A stretch of DNA of 64,000 bases from a virus, in the IMG/VR virus record IMGVR_UViG_2935656913_000002, one strand, 5' to 3'. Positions 8,790 to 17,505 of this stretch are shown piece by piece. Under the pieces are notes generated by a model, which did not search any database, was not told where the DNA came from, and saw only the letters and a program-made list of their open reading frames with translations. Made by a program: the position numbers and the translations under genes. Positions within the stretch are counted from its first letter, which is position 1, and every line of letters begins with the position of its first letter.

Positions 8790-9143
8790 CTAGAACAGCT
8801 TGAAGCCCTTCTTGTCGTACACCTGTTTCTGTGCATCGTAGAACGCGATCATCCGCCGACCGCATTCTGATTTCTCCAGATCAAGCCGTTCCTGCTGCCC
8901 GATGATGTCGAAGACTTGCTTCTTGGTCAGCTTCTTCTTGACGGCATCAGAAGTCAGCTTCGATCCGCCGTTCGTGGGCGGTGCGACGATCACCGCTGTG
9001 GGCAGCGCGATCATCTTATCGAAGCACTGTTCAATGTCGGCCGGAACTGGCGGCAGACTTGGACTGTCCGAGTAGGTCGAGCACTGCGTCAACATCGTCA
9101 TCGACAAAACAGTCACCATCCGAAACTTTGCGCTTAAGATCAT
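8790..9143 (-). CDS. Putative o-spanin (Rz1-like lipoprotein)
   Basis: Signal-like N-terminus ending at Cys21, Pro-rich linker, overlaps the upstream spanin gene. Confidence 0.6.
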   Translation of the reverse strand: MILSAKFRMVTVLSMTMLTQCSTYSDSPSLPPVPADIEQCFDKMIALPTAVIVAPPTNGGSKLTSDAVKKKLTKKQVFDIIGQQERLDLEKSECGRRMIAFYDAQKQVYDKKGFKLF

Positions 9144-9411
9144 TTGTCACCCTGTCCAGTACGTCGAGTTTGCCCTTGGTCTCCGCGAGAGCTTTTGAGT
9201 TCGCCGCAGCCGCCGCGTCCCTCGCCTCGATTTGCTTTTCGAGACGCACGATCTGTTCCTTTTCGTCGGCCGCAGTGTAGAACTTACTGACGACGATGCC
9301 GGTCGAAGTCCCGCCAGCGGCAAAAGCCACCGCGAGAGCGATGGCGATGGCCTGTAAGCTAACGCCGCCCGTGGCACCGCTCATGAAAAGCTTCCCGATC
9401 ATTCCAAGCAT
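9031..9411 (-). CDS. Putative i-spanin (Rz-like)
   Basis: N-terminal TM segment plus coiled coil; lies in the lysis cluster. Confidence 0.6.
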   Translation of the reverse strand: MLGMIGKLFMSGATGGVSLQAIAIALAVAFAAGGTSTGIVVSKFYTAADEKEQIVRLEKQIEARDAAAAANSKALAETKGKLDVLDRVTNDLKRKVSDGDCFVDDDVDAVLDLLGQSKSAASSGRH

Positions 9412-9848
9412 TATCGTCCTCCATTGCGGCTGATGGGCGGCCCATCGTTGTCCGGGGTGTTGTCGATGCCCACGGTCACGTTGATGTCCGGAGACTTGTT
9501 GTCCTTCTCACTCGGTGCATCACTCGTGTGGTGCCGATCCGGATCGATGTCCGTCTCGCTGTCGGTGTCTGCGTTATCGGTGTGCGACTTACGTCGGAGG
9601 TGATCGTCCAGCACGGCGCCGAACACGTACCCGGTAACGACTACCATGAGTGCGTTGAAAGCATTGGAGATCATGGTGTTCGCGGTCTCGACGCGCATCC
9701 ATCCGGCCGCCCATGTGATCCAGACACATGCGATGGCAATGATCCCAAAAACGATAATGCGCCGGTAGGTCCAATCCCGGCGCTTGTCGCTAACAGAAAG
9801 CCAATCGGAAACCAGATTGCGACGGACCCGCTTGCGAACAACGACCAT
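9411..9848 (-). CDS. Holin-like protein with two TM segments
   Basis: Two hydrophobic helices and an acidic C-terminal tail, located between endolysin and spanins. Confidence 0.5.
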   Translation of the reverse strand: MVVVRKRVRRNLVSDWLSVSDKRRDWTYRRIIVFGIIAIACVWITWAAGWMRVETANTMISNAFNALMVVVTGYVFGAVLDDHLRRKSHTDNADTDSETDIDPDRHHTSDAPSEKDNKSPDINVTVGIDNTPDNDGPPISRNGGR

Positions 9849-9866
9849 TGAGCCCCCTGCCCTATA

Positions 9867-10109
9867 CTAGTGTAAGTGACGCTTGGTGCGAGTGAACGGG
9901 ACGACGCTGTCGTTATGGACAATCCTGTCGTATTCGAGATTGTCGAGAAGACTGCCTAGCGCCTTGGCAGCGCGTTGGTTGGCCTCTCGATATCGCGCCC
10001 TCGCTTCGGCTAGCTCGTCACGAAATTCTTCATGCTGCCTTTCGCGGCGGGTCTCCCCGTAAAACAAGAGAGCGAAGAAGCATCGGATGATCTGCCAAGC
10101 ACGTAGCAT
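9867..10109 (-). CDS. Hypothetical protein in the lysis cluster
   Basis: 80-aa ORF with a hydrophobic N-terminus. Confidence 0.45.
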   Translation of the reverse strand: MLRAWQIIRCFFALLFYGETRRERQHEEFRDELAEARARYREANQRAAKALGSLLDNLEYDRIVHNDSVVPFTRTKRHLH

Positions 10110-10113
10110 GTGA

Positions 10114-10347
10114 TTAAACCTTCATGCGATCCGCTTCTCTTACGAAGCGTGTGAGCCTATCTGCTGCGTCTGCCCCGTCTTGGATCGTCTCAAGCATTAA
10201 TTTGCGATCCTCAACCAAGTATCTTTCCTTCTCATCCCGCGCTTTCATCAGGAGCGCAAACAGCCTGATGACCGTAAGGATGAGGAGAACGATAATGACG
10301 CCCGCGAGACCGTTCTCCAAAATCTGCGCGAGCGCCTTCTCGATCAT
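10114..10347 (-). CDS. Holin/antiholin-like membrane protein (77 aa)
   Basis: MIEKALAQILENGLAGVIIVLLILTVIRLF single TM segment; immediately after the endolysin. Confidence 0.5.
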   Translation of the reverse strand: MIEKALAQILENGLAGVIIVLLILTVIRLFALLMKARDEKERYLVEDRKLMLETIQDGADAADRLTRFVREADRMKV

Positions 10348-10358
10348 TCCCAGAAACC

Positions 10359-11237
10359 TTACTGAACCGAGATGCCGAGCGTGCTCAGCAACACGGTATC
10401 GATCCGCCCCATGGGCGAAAGACCGTTCTGGATTTCGAAGGCGTTGATCGCGGCGGCGGTCTTCGGCCCCATCCATCCATCGACCTTGATGCCCTCGCCG
10501 ATGCCCGGAATGGTGCTGAGCGCTGCCTGCACTGACGCCACGATCTTGCGATCGTTCTCGAAGCCCGGGTTGGTGACTTCGCCGCGGTACGGCGTCGCCG
10601 CGCTTTCGTTCGAGCGCTTCGTCGCCCACTTCGCCGCAAGCTGGCGATACTGGTTGGCCATCTTGGTATCGTACTGGTTCTGCGCGTAGGCCGGGCCGTT
10701 GAAGCCCTTGGCGAACGCCGCCCATTCATGGCCGCGCAACTCGTCGTCCAAATGGCGGGCCTTCAGATAGTTGCAGAACGCCTTGAGGTGATCGCCCGCC
10801 GAATGTGCCATGGCGGCGACGAAGTCCTCCAGCGAGGCGAACCCGGCGTCCTTGTATTCCGAGCCCAAAATCTGGAATGCACCGAAGGATGCCGAGTAGA
10901 CGGCGGCGACCGGGTCGCACTTCATGGCGGTATAGAGCCGAGTGTACTGCCACGCATGGGCCGCACCGTAAAGTGATTTGTCCCACGAATTCGAACTGAT
11001 CGGCTTGCCGTGGGGGTCGGTGACGTTGTTGTACTTGTGGCCGGTATTGCGGCCGAACACGTGAGCCTCGAACAGAATGTCGGGCCGCTTATCGGCCAAG
11101 AACGGGGAGCCGTTCGTTTCGACCATCGTCACCGTCTGAAGTTCGGCGGGACCGATATTGATGATCTTGGCGGCCGCGAGGTAGTCCGCGTCAGACATGG
11201 GGATCGCGGCGCCATAAAAGCTGTTCTCGTTCAACAT
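10359..11237 (-). CDS. Endolysin: N-acetylmuramidase (DUF3380-like) plus C-terminal peptidoglycan-binding domain
   Basis: VETNG..ILFEAHVF, SFGAFQILG, WAAFAKGFNGPAY..N.YD; C-terminal VDGWMGPKT..AI..F..QNGL..G.ID. Confidence 0.88.
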   Translation of the reverse strand: MLNENSFYGAAIPMSDADYLAAAKIINIGPAELQTVTMVETNGSPFLADKRPDILFEAHVFGRNTGHKYNNVTDPHGKPISSNSWDKSLYGAAHAWQYTRLYTAMKCDPVAAVYSASFGAFQILGSEYKDAGFASLEDFVAAMAHSAGDHLKAFCNYLKARHLDDELRGHEWAAFAKGFNGPAYAQNQYDTKMANQYRQLAAKWATKRSNESAATPYRGEVTNPGFENDRKIVASVQAALSTIPGIGEGIKVDGWMGPKTAAAINAFEIQNGLSPMGRIDTVLLSTLGISVQ

Positions 11238-11321
11238 GTGAGACCCGGGGGGCTAGGAGTTGCAGGTGCCTGCAATAGTACTCTCGGCCCCCGGGCCATT
11301 CTATCCTCGCAGATTTTTCGC

Positions 11322-11400
11322 TTACAACATCGCGTTCGCGGTCCAGTGCGCGACACCTGCACGCCTCTGTTGACGATGTAGTTCTTCTGAAACTGCTTAA
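11322..11400 (-). pseudogene. Collapsed relic of a third tail-fibre tip cassette
   Basis: KNYIVNRGVQVS is joined out of frame to WTANAML-stop; both ends match the start and end of the adjacent cassettes. Confidence 0.65.
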
Positions 11401-11414
11401 GTCCGCGTTCGAGA

Positions 11415-12434
11415 TTACATCCTTGCATTGTGGGCGATTACACCACCATAGAAAGAGACCTGACTTGCGGCCACCGAAATAGCATACAGCGAGAAGTTCG
11501 TGGCGGTGTTAACCCACGCAACAGGTTGGGCGCAGTTGTTTACGGTAAACGTCGTTACCACCGTCATCGTAGGCACTGCGCGCATTCGCACAGGATATGA
11601 GAATGTTGCTCCGATCGATTGCGATGCGGAATAGGCATTTCCGATGCCTGCAAGGCCGTATGTGGACAGATCGTTTTTGAAGAAGTATCGCTGACAGAGC
11701 GCCAATTCAGAGACATAGTCCGGAAGCTGGAATGCAGGCGCAGCAGTTCCCTCGTACAAACCGACGTCGAACAGTTCGAACACGTTGCCGTTGGTACCCA
11801 TGAGGTTGAACTGGTTGGACGAACCAATATTGCCTGTTGCGGCCCACGATCCGGCGGTCTGCTGGAAACTCGTCCCAGACATACCGGTCCAGAAAAGATC
11901 GATGCTTGACGTATTATCCTTTGCCCACGTTCCGGTCGTATCTCCGGGAATAATCACACTCTTGACGGTGTCGGTGTTAGCCTCGCCTGCCGAGATAGTG
12001 TATTCAGCGACGTAGGCTCTATTTGCTACGCCGTTACGGACTCCGACACAATAGGTTCCCGCAGGGGCCTTAACACCAAACTGAAGGATTACTGTCTTGG
12101 CGCTTGCGGTGCCCCACATAAGATCAGCGACACGCAAGCCCTCAATGGGCGTCCTTGCCAAATAGACAAGGTCGCCAGCCGCTACCGCCGCATCCGCACC
12201 CGTTACTGTAAACCTGATACGATTTGGGGACCCTCCCGGCGAGGGGCTAGCCACCTGTGCCACAGAGTAGGCGCCGGTCGTTCCTGAAAATCCCGCGAAG
12301 AACTGGTCAACGGGATAATAAGCGTTGGTCGCACCCGGAGTATTTGCGTTTTCCTGCGACACCATCATGCCGCCGTTGATGATGTAGTTTTTGTTAAGTG
12401 TTTTAGCCAGAGCCCGCGAGAGTGCGTTCGTCAT
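11415..12434 (-). CDS. Tail fibre / receptor-binding module, paralog of the C-terminal two-thirds of 12901-14409
   Basis: Shares NYI(I/V)NGGMMVSQE, FGVKAPAGTYCV, MGTNGNVFELFDV and ELALCxRY with that gene. Confidence 0.8.
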   Translation of the reverse strand: MTNALSRALAKTLNKNYIINGGMMVSQENANTPGATNAYYPVDQFFAGFSGTTGAYSVAQVASPSPGGSPNRIRFTVTGADAAVAAGDLVYLARTPIEGLRVADLMWGTASAKTVILQFGVKAPAGTYCVGVRNGVANRAYVAEYTISAGEANTDTVKSVIIPGDTTGTWAKDNTSSIDLFWTGMSGTSFQQTAGSWAATGNIGSSNQFNLMGTNGNVFELFDVGLYEGTAAPAFQLPDYVSELALCQRYFFKNDLSTYGLAGIGNAYSASQSIGATFSYPVRMRAVPTMTVVTTFTVNNCAQPVAWVNTATNFSLYAISVAASQVSFYGGVIAHNARM

Positions 12435-12450
12435 AGATCATGTCCTCGCG

Positions 12451-12891
12451 TTACAGGGCCGCCGCCGCACGGAAGAAATCATCAACCTGTCCGCTCGACC
12501 AGCCATAACCCATACCAATGGCAACGGTCATCGGATGGTCTCGAAGGAAGGTCGTAGCGCCGGATAGGATCATCTGCGCGTTGAACTGATCTGCGGTCGG
12601 CATGCCGCTCACAAGCGCCTGAAGCGCGGCGGGCACTTCGCCGGTCTTCACCGCAGCAAGCGCTTCAGCTTGGGTGATGATGCCCGAAATCGCGAGTTGC
12701 TGAAAAAACTGCCGATCAGATATGGACCCGGGAACTGGGGCCGGTGGCGCGACATAGGGCAGCGGCGTATTCCCGTCCGCAAGCCACGTCTCGTAGTCTG
12801 CGCGGTCACGATTGGCCGGGTCATTCGGAATGCAGGCGTTGTCAGCCAGACGGATGACGGTCTCGGTTTCGGTGAGTTGATAGGCAGACAT
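12451..12891 (-). CDS. Tail fibre assembly chaperone-like protein
   Basis: [16 protein letters not shown] motif and C-terminal [11 protein letters not shown]; directly follows a fibre gene. Confidence 0.65.
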   Translation of the reverse strand: MSAYQLTETETVIRLADNACIPNDPANRDRADYETWLADGNTPLPYVAPPAPVPGSISDRQFFQQLAISGIITQAEALAAVKTGEVPAALQALVSGMPTADQFNAQMILSGATTFLRDHPMTVAIGMGYGWSSGQVDDFFRAAAAL

Positions 12892-12900
12892 GATTGTTCC

Positions 12901-14409
12901 TTACATTCGCGCGTTAGCGGTGACTTTGGTCTGGAAATAGCCACCGGCGACAGAGGAGGTGGACACTCGACCTTCGTTAAAGCCCTTTACCGTTCCTTGT
13001 AAGCCACCTACGGTTGCTGCAAATCCATTGTTGGAAATATTCACGCCCGAAAGAGTCGGAAGGGCGCGCTTTTCAGCAGTGTAGGCCGATGATTTGTAGT
13101 GGGTGGCTCCGGCTGTTACCGTGCCGCTAAAAATCTGAACTTGATCGTCGATAAACTCCCAATAGCGCTTACATAGCGCAAGCTCTGTAGGATAATCTGG
13201 CAACTGGAACGCAGGAGCTTGTGTCCCTTCCGTTAAGCTAACATCGAACAACTCAAAGACATTGCCGTTCGTGCCCATGAAGTTGAACTGGTTGGACGTT
13301 GCGAGGAACGACCCGGCTTGCCATGCGCCGCCAGTTGTTTGGAATGTTGCGCCTGCCATGAGGCACCAGCTTACAACCATCCCAAGACCGTTATCTTTGA
13401 GCCATGTTCCGGCTTGGTCGCCGGGAATGGTGACACTTTTCACGACATCGGTGTTGGCTTCGCCACCGCTGATTGTGAATTCGCCAACAAACGAACGAGT
13501 AGCGGAAAGAGCGTTACGAATTGCAACGCAGTACGTTCCCGCAGGTGCTTTAACACCGAATTGAAGAGTGACCGCTTTAGCTGCTGATGCCCCGTACAGT
13601 AAGTCAGCGCCACGCAGACCTTCGATTGACTGCATGATCCACGTTAGATCGCCCGTCGCAACCGCAGCATCAGCCGTGGTAACTGTGTAACGTAAACGAT
13701 TGGGCGAGCCGCCCGGCGTAGGCGACGCGACTTGCGCCGCTGAGAATGCGCCGCTGCTTTGCGTTCCTACAAAGAATTGATCAACTGGATAATAATTGAC
13801 GGTCGTTCCGGCACTTGTGCCATTTTCCTGCGACACCATCATGCCGCCATTGACGATGTAGTTCCTCTTGGTGACGCCGATGTTGGCCCGAAACTTGGGC
13901 TTGTCGATCACGTCCGCGCCGTTCTGCGATTGCGTGAGCACGTCAACAACGTTGAACGGTGCCAAGCACTGAAGATAGACCGACTGTCCCTTGCTCGTGC
14001 CCGCGTTGAGTACAAGGCTCGTGCCATCGGTCGCCGTGTAATCGTCGGGAGCGAGCCAAACGCCATCAACGGCCACCTCTGCAAAACCAGCCGTGTACGC
14101 CAACGTGAGGCCGTTCTTGTCCGCGCCCGTGAACGTCGTCTGTCCTTGCGTCGCGGTGTATTGGAAGCGCGAGAAGTTCAGCGAGTTGTTGAGGTTGTCG
14201 GACTGCACCCATACGGCCGGTCCCGTCGAGCGCAACCGAAACGTTTTCTGGAGATCGGTGCGGTAGCACGTCATGCCGACCGCAATGTTCGTCACCGGGA
14301 ATGCCGTACCCGAAAACGAAGTCAGCAACGCGTCAGCATTATTGTTGAGCGCCGACCGTGATGCCGTCAGCGTATCCGTGCCAGCGAGCGGAACAAAAGA
14401 CTGTGACAT
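12901..14409 (-). CDS. Tail fibre protein
   Basis: Anchor domain shared with 14442-15728; ATQGQTTF/V.VDGV.L..DY repeat module; C-terminal tip domain. Confidence 0.8.
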   Translation of the reverse strand: MSQSFVPLAGTDTLTASRSALNNNADALLTSFSGTAFPVTNIAVGMTCYRTDLQKTFRLRSTGPAVWVQSDNLNNSLNFSRFQYTATQGQTTFTGADKNGLTLAYTAGFAEVAVDGVWLAPDDYTATDGTSLVLNAGTSKGQSVYLQCLAPFNVVDVLTQSQNGADVIDKPKFRANIGVTKRNYIVNGGMMVSQENGTSAGTTVNYYPVDQFFVGTQSSGAFSAAQVASPTPGGSPNRLRYTVTTADAAVATGDLTWIMQSIEGLRGADLLYGASAAKAVTLQFGVKAPAGTYCVAIRNALSATRSFVGEFTISGGEANTDVVKSVTIPGDQAGTWLKDNGLGMVVSWCLMAGATFQTTGGAWQAGSFLATSNQFNFMGTNGNVFELFDVSLTEGTQAPAFQLPDYPTELALCKRYWEFIDDQVQIFSGTVTAGATHYKSSAYTAEKRALPTLSGVNISNNGFAATVGGLQGTVKGFNEGRVSTSSVAGGYFQTKVTANARM

Positions 14410-14441
14410 TGCGATTTCCTAAGTTGCAGGTGCCTGCAAGG

Positions 14442-15728
14442 TTACAGCTTGATGTGGAAGGTCACGAGGAGGTGCGGCTGGAGGTTGTTGTGAGCGCCGC
14501 CGCTGCCCGCGCTATACGTCGTATCTAGACCGTTGGAACTATTGATACGAACTCCCGTCGCAGCCCCTGTAGTACCTACGCCCGTAGTTCCATCGACGCC
14601 CGGAGGGAAGCCCCATGCTTGTGCGCCGCCCGATGTACTATAGCCGCGATAGCCGACAGTGATCGCATGCGAGTGGGTGGGATCGTAAATACCTGCAACA
14701 TGGTAGTGCGCGGGCATCTCACCTTGCGTCAGCAAATGGTACTGCTCGCCAAACATGTCGCCAAGGGTATTATAGTTACCCTGCGTCATGATCCCGGCTT
14801 GGCCGGTGATCGAGTTGTAGTCCATACCAACCAAATGTCGTCCCCGCGTATCGGGCAACGTCACTCTCTTATGCGCGGCCCAATCGACAGCGGCCGAGGC
14901 GCCCCTGCCGCCCACGACGGCCGCACCCCTGTTCCACAACCAATTGAAAAGGTTTTGACAGTCTGGGTTTGCACGGGTGTTGGCAGCGGAAGATGCATCA
15001 CCAATGGTACCGCCATTCAACGGCACGTAACCTGCGATTGTCTCGTTGTACTGCGCGAAGAAGATACCAAGCTGGCCCGTGGACGGCAGTGAATTCGTCG
15101 CGCCAATGGCCGCCAGAACTGCCGCGCTATCGGCGGCGGCGAGGACCGACAGGCCCCCCGCCCCCGGCGTCGTGCCTCGGAGGACATCCGCGTCGAGCCC
15201 GGACCCGGAACCGTCATTCAGCGAGTGCCAGACCGTGCCACCTTGAGACTTGAGCACGCCTGTCGAGTTATCAATGCTGATCGGATTGTCGACAAACAGT
15301 CCGCTGCTATCGTACCTGCTTAGGGCAAACGTTTGGTTCTGATCCTTGCCGAGCGACCAACGCGCGGCGCCGGGGTTGTCATAAAAGTAGACCGCGACCG
15401 TGTCCCCACCCGCTGCCGCGACCCCCTGCAACATCAGATAAGATTTAACCGGCGTGCCTTGCTGGAAATACCTCGCGTCCGCGAGTTCTTGCGAAAGATA
15501 GCTCTGCCCCGTGTTCTCCACGAGCGACCACACAGACGGGCCGGTGCTCTTGAGCCGATAGGTCTTGTTCTGATCCGAACGATAGCAGGCCATACCCACC
15601 ACAAGGTTCGTGGTTGGGAAACTCGTGCCTGACATGTTCGAAAGCAGGCACACCAAATTCTCATTGAGCACCGGTAACGATGCAGCAAGAGTGTCGGTTG
15701 ACTGGATCGGCGTAAAATCTTGTGCCAC
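14442..15728 (-). CDS. Tail fibre protein with tail-collar domain
   Basis: GYVPLNG.TI, LPDTRGR, GEQYH.LT..EMPAH.H and HNNLQP collar motifs. Confidence 0.8.
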   Translation of the reverse strand: MAQDFTPIQSTDTLAASLPVLNENLVCLLSNMSGTSFPTTNLVVGMACYRSDQNKTYRLKSTGPSVWSLVENTGQSYLSQELADARYFQQGTPVKSYLMLQGVAAAGGDTVAVYFYDNPGAARWSLGKDQNQTFALSRYDSSGLFVDNPISIDNSTGVLKSQGGTVWHSLNDGSGSGLDADVLRGTTPGAGGLSVLAAADSAAVLAAIGATNSLPSTGQLGIFFAQYNETIAGYVPLNGGTIGDASSAANTRANPDCQNLFNWLWNRGAAVVGGRGASAAVDWAAHKRVTLPDTRGRHLVGMDYNSITGQAGIMTQGNYNTLGDMFGEQYHLLTQGEMPAHYHVAGIYDPTHSHAITVGYRGYSTSGGAQAWGFPPGVDGTTGVGTTGAATGVRINSSNGLDTTYSAGSGGAHNNLQPHLLVTFHIKL

Positions 15729-15738
15729 GTTATTCCCC

Positions 15739-16929
15739 TCAGTAGCCCAGCGCGTTCCAGCTTACAGTTCCGGTAATTCTGGCGTTGGCCGTATTGATCA
15801 ATTCCACGTCGAAGCCGGTCACGGTGATGTTGCTGACGCGCGCCTGACCAAACTGCGAAGCGGACACGCCCACAACGGTTACTTCCGGTATCGCCACGAA
15901 TTTGCGGTTGAACAGGACCGGCGTTACCCCCGCCGTGCTGGTGATCGGCATGCGGCCCTTGTCGTTGACATCGGGCACGTCCACGTAGACCTTGCCGAGT
16001 TTGACGCGGATATCCTGCGACAGGTTTTCACGAGTAAGTACGACCTTGATGTTCGCCTTCTGGACGGTGTAATCGCCCGGAATAAAGGGCACGTACTCGG
16101 CAAAGCTGATCGGGAGACCGGATGCCATGTTCGCAAGGAAATCGGAGTACGCGAGGGCGCCTTCACGGAGGAGAAGATCGGACGTGACTATTCGACCTTT
16201 CATCACCCACGTATCTTGAGCTGAGAAAGCCTCCGGCATTTTTTTGCCAATGGCTTTCCTAAGCACATCCGCCACGGACCATGCTTCCGTGTATGTCCTC
16301 TGAAAAGATATAGTCCGCGCGAACGCGTCCACCGTTTGGAACGTTTCCGGCACGCTCTTGGCGTAGGCCACCGAGCGTTGTTCGGCAAAATTGAAGGCAT
16401 CGTTCAATGACTTGGAGAACGATAGCTTCCATACATCCGCGACTGAGACCGCCTCGGCTATGTTTTTGCCAGTGTCTTTTTTGAGCACGTCGGCCGTGGC
16501 AAATGCTTCGGGGACGTTCTTGCCAAACGTCACCTGTTTCACGTCGAGGGTAGTGAGCACTTCGGTGAGTTTCTTTGTCACGATCTTCGTGAGTACGTCC
16601 ACCGTGGCGAAGGTCTCTGCGAGCGTGCGAAGAAAGGCCACTGTTCGACTATACGCGTCCGTGGTCGCCAGCGTCTCGGCCGTTTTCTTGCCGATCCCCC
16701 ACCCCGCTTTGGCGTCAACCATGCCAAATGCATCCGACAGCGGCTTGGTAAGCGCTTTCGGGTTAAGGTCGGCGGTGTTGACCGGTTCATCGACGCCCAA
16801 CGTGTAGACGTTGTTAGCGTTGGCGGTGTCCCACGACAATGCACCCGAGGAAGTCGCAGCCCATGTATCAGGATACGAATTCCACGAGTACGCCGTGCCC
16901 GGGGTATAGCCGACAGTGGCGGTGGTCAT
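15739..16929 (-). CDS. Virion structural protein with about 19-aa tandem repeats
   Basis: About ten E(T/A)F.T.D...K...K repeats; located in the tail-fibre region. Confidence 0.65.
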   Translation of the reverse strand: MTTATVGYTPGTAYSWNSYPDTWAATSSGALSWDTANANNVYTLGVDEPVNTADLNPKALTKPLSDAFGMVDAKAGWGIGKKTAETLATTDAYSRTVAFLRTLAETFATVDVLTKIVTKKLTEVLTTLDVKQVTFGKNVPEAFATADVLKKDTGKNIAEAVSVADVWKLSFSKSLNDAFNFAEQRSVAYAKSVPETFQTVDAFARTISFQRTYTEAWSVADVLRKAIGKKMPEAFSAQDTWVMKGRIVTSDLLLREGALAYSDFLANMASGLPISFAEYVPFIPGDYTVQKANIKVVLTRENLSQDIRVKLGKVYVDVPDVNDKGRMPITSTAGVTPVLFNRKFVAIPEVTVVGVSASQFGQARVSNITVTGFDVELINTANARITGTVSWNALGY

Positions 16930-16953
16930 TGGTTTGCAGGTGCCTGCAACGCG

Positions 16954-17490
16954 CTAGGACAGCGTGAACGTAAACGTCGCGGCCAACGTGTCGAGCGCGC
17001 CCTTGTTGATGACCGAGTAGGTCACGCGATTGAGCAACGTACCCACCGTAACAGCATTGAGTACGCCAGCTTCCGTCAATGCCGCCGTCGCAGTACCCGC
17101 CGCGAACGTGTACGTCAGCGTGGCGACCTTCGTTGCATAGCTGTACGAAACGAGACCACGTGCTGACTCCGCGCCCAGCGCCGTATTGCCGATGGCCGCC
17201 GCCGTCGCATCCGTGCCCACCGCGATATACGAGGCGACTGCCGGACGGCTGGACTGAACGAACAGCGCATCCGAGATAAGCTGGAAGCCGACAGTGGTGA
17301 TAAGGTTCTTCTTCTCACGGCGATCCTTGAGCTTGCCGTTCTCATCGAACAGATCGAAGACCCAGTTGCCCGTGACTTTCAGCTTCTCGTTGCGAACGTC
17401 GTCGTCGCTGGCACCTTCGAAGTGCTTGGGGACGATCAGCCCCGACGCGTGCTGAAGATAGTCATCGGGAATGGTCATGATCGGGCTCAT
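16954..17490 (-). CDS. Tail-tip/fibre-attachment structural protein
   Basis: KNLITTVG, YIAVGT, LTEAGVLNA motifs of a small phage structural family. Confidence 0.6.
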   Translation of the reverse strand: MSPIMTIPDDYLQHASGLIVPKHFEGASDDDVRNEKLKVTGNWVFDLFDENGKLKDRREKKNLITTVGFQLISDALFVQSSRPAVASYIAVGTDATAAAIGNTALGAESARGLVSYSYATKVATLTYTFAAGTATAALTEAGVLNAVTVGTLLNRVTYSVINKGALDTLAATFTFTLS

Positions 17491-17505
17491 GCGGAAGGCT
17501 CCTGT

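Noticed and set aside
11415-14409. Diversity-generating retroelement or invertible shufflon at the fibre tips
   Set aside because: No reverse transcriptase or invertase in the window, the cassettes are in direct orientation, and the differences are not adenine-specific.
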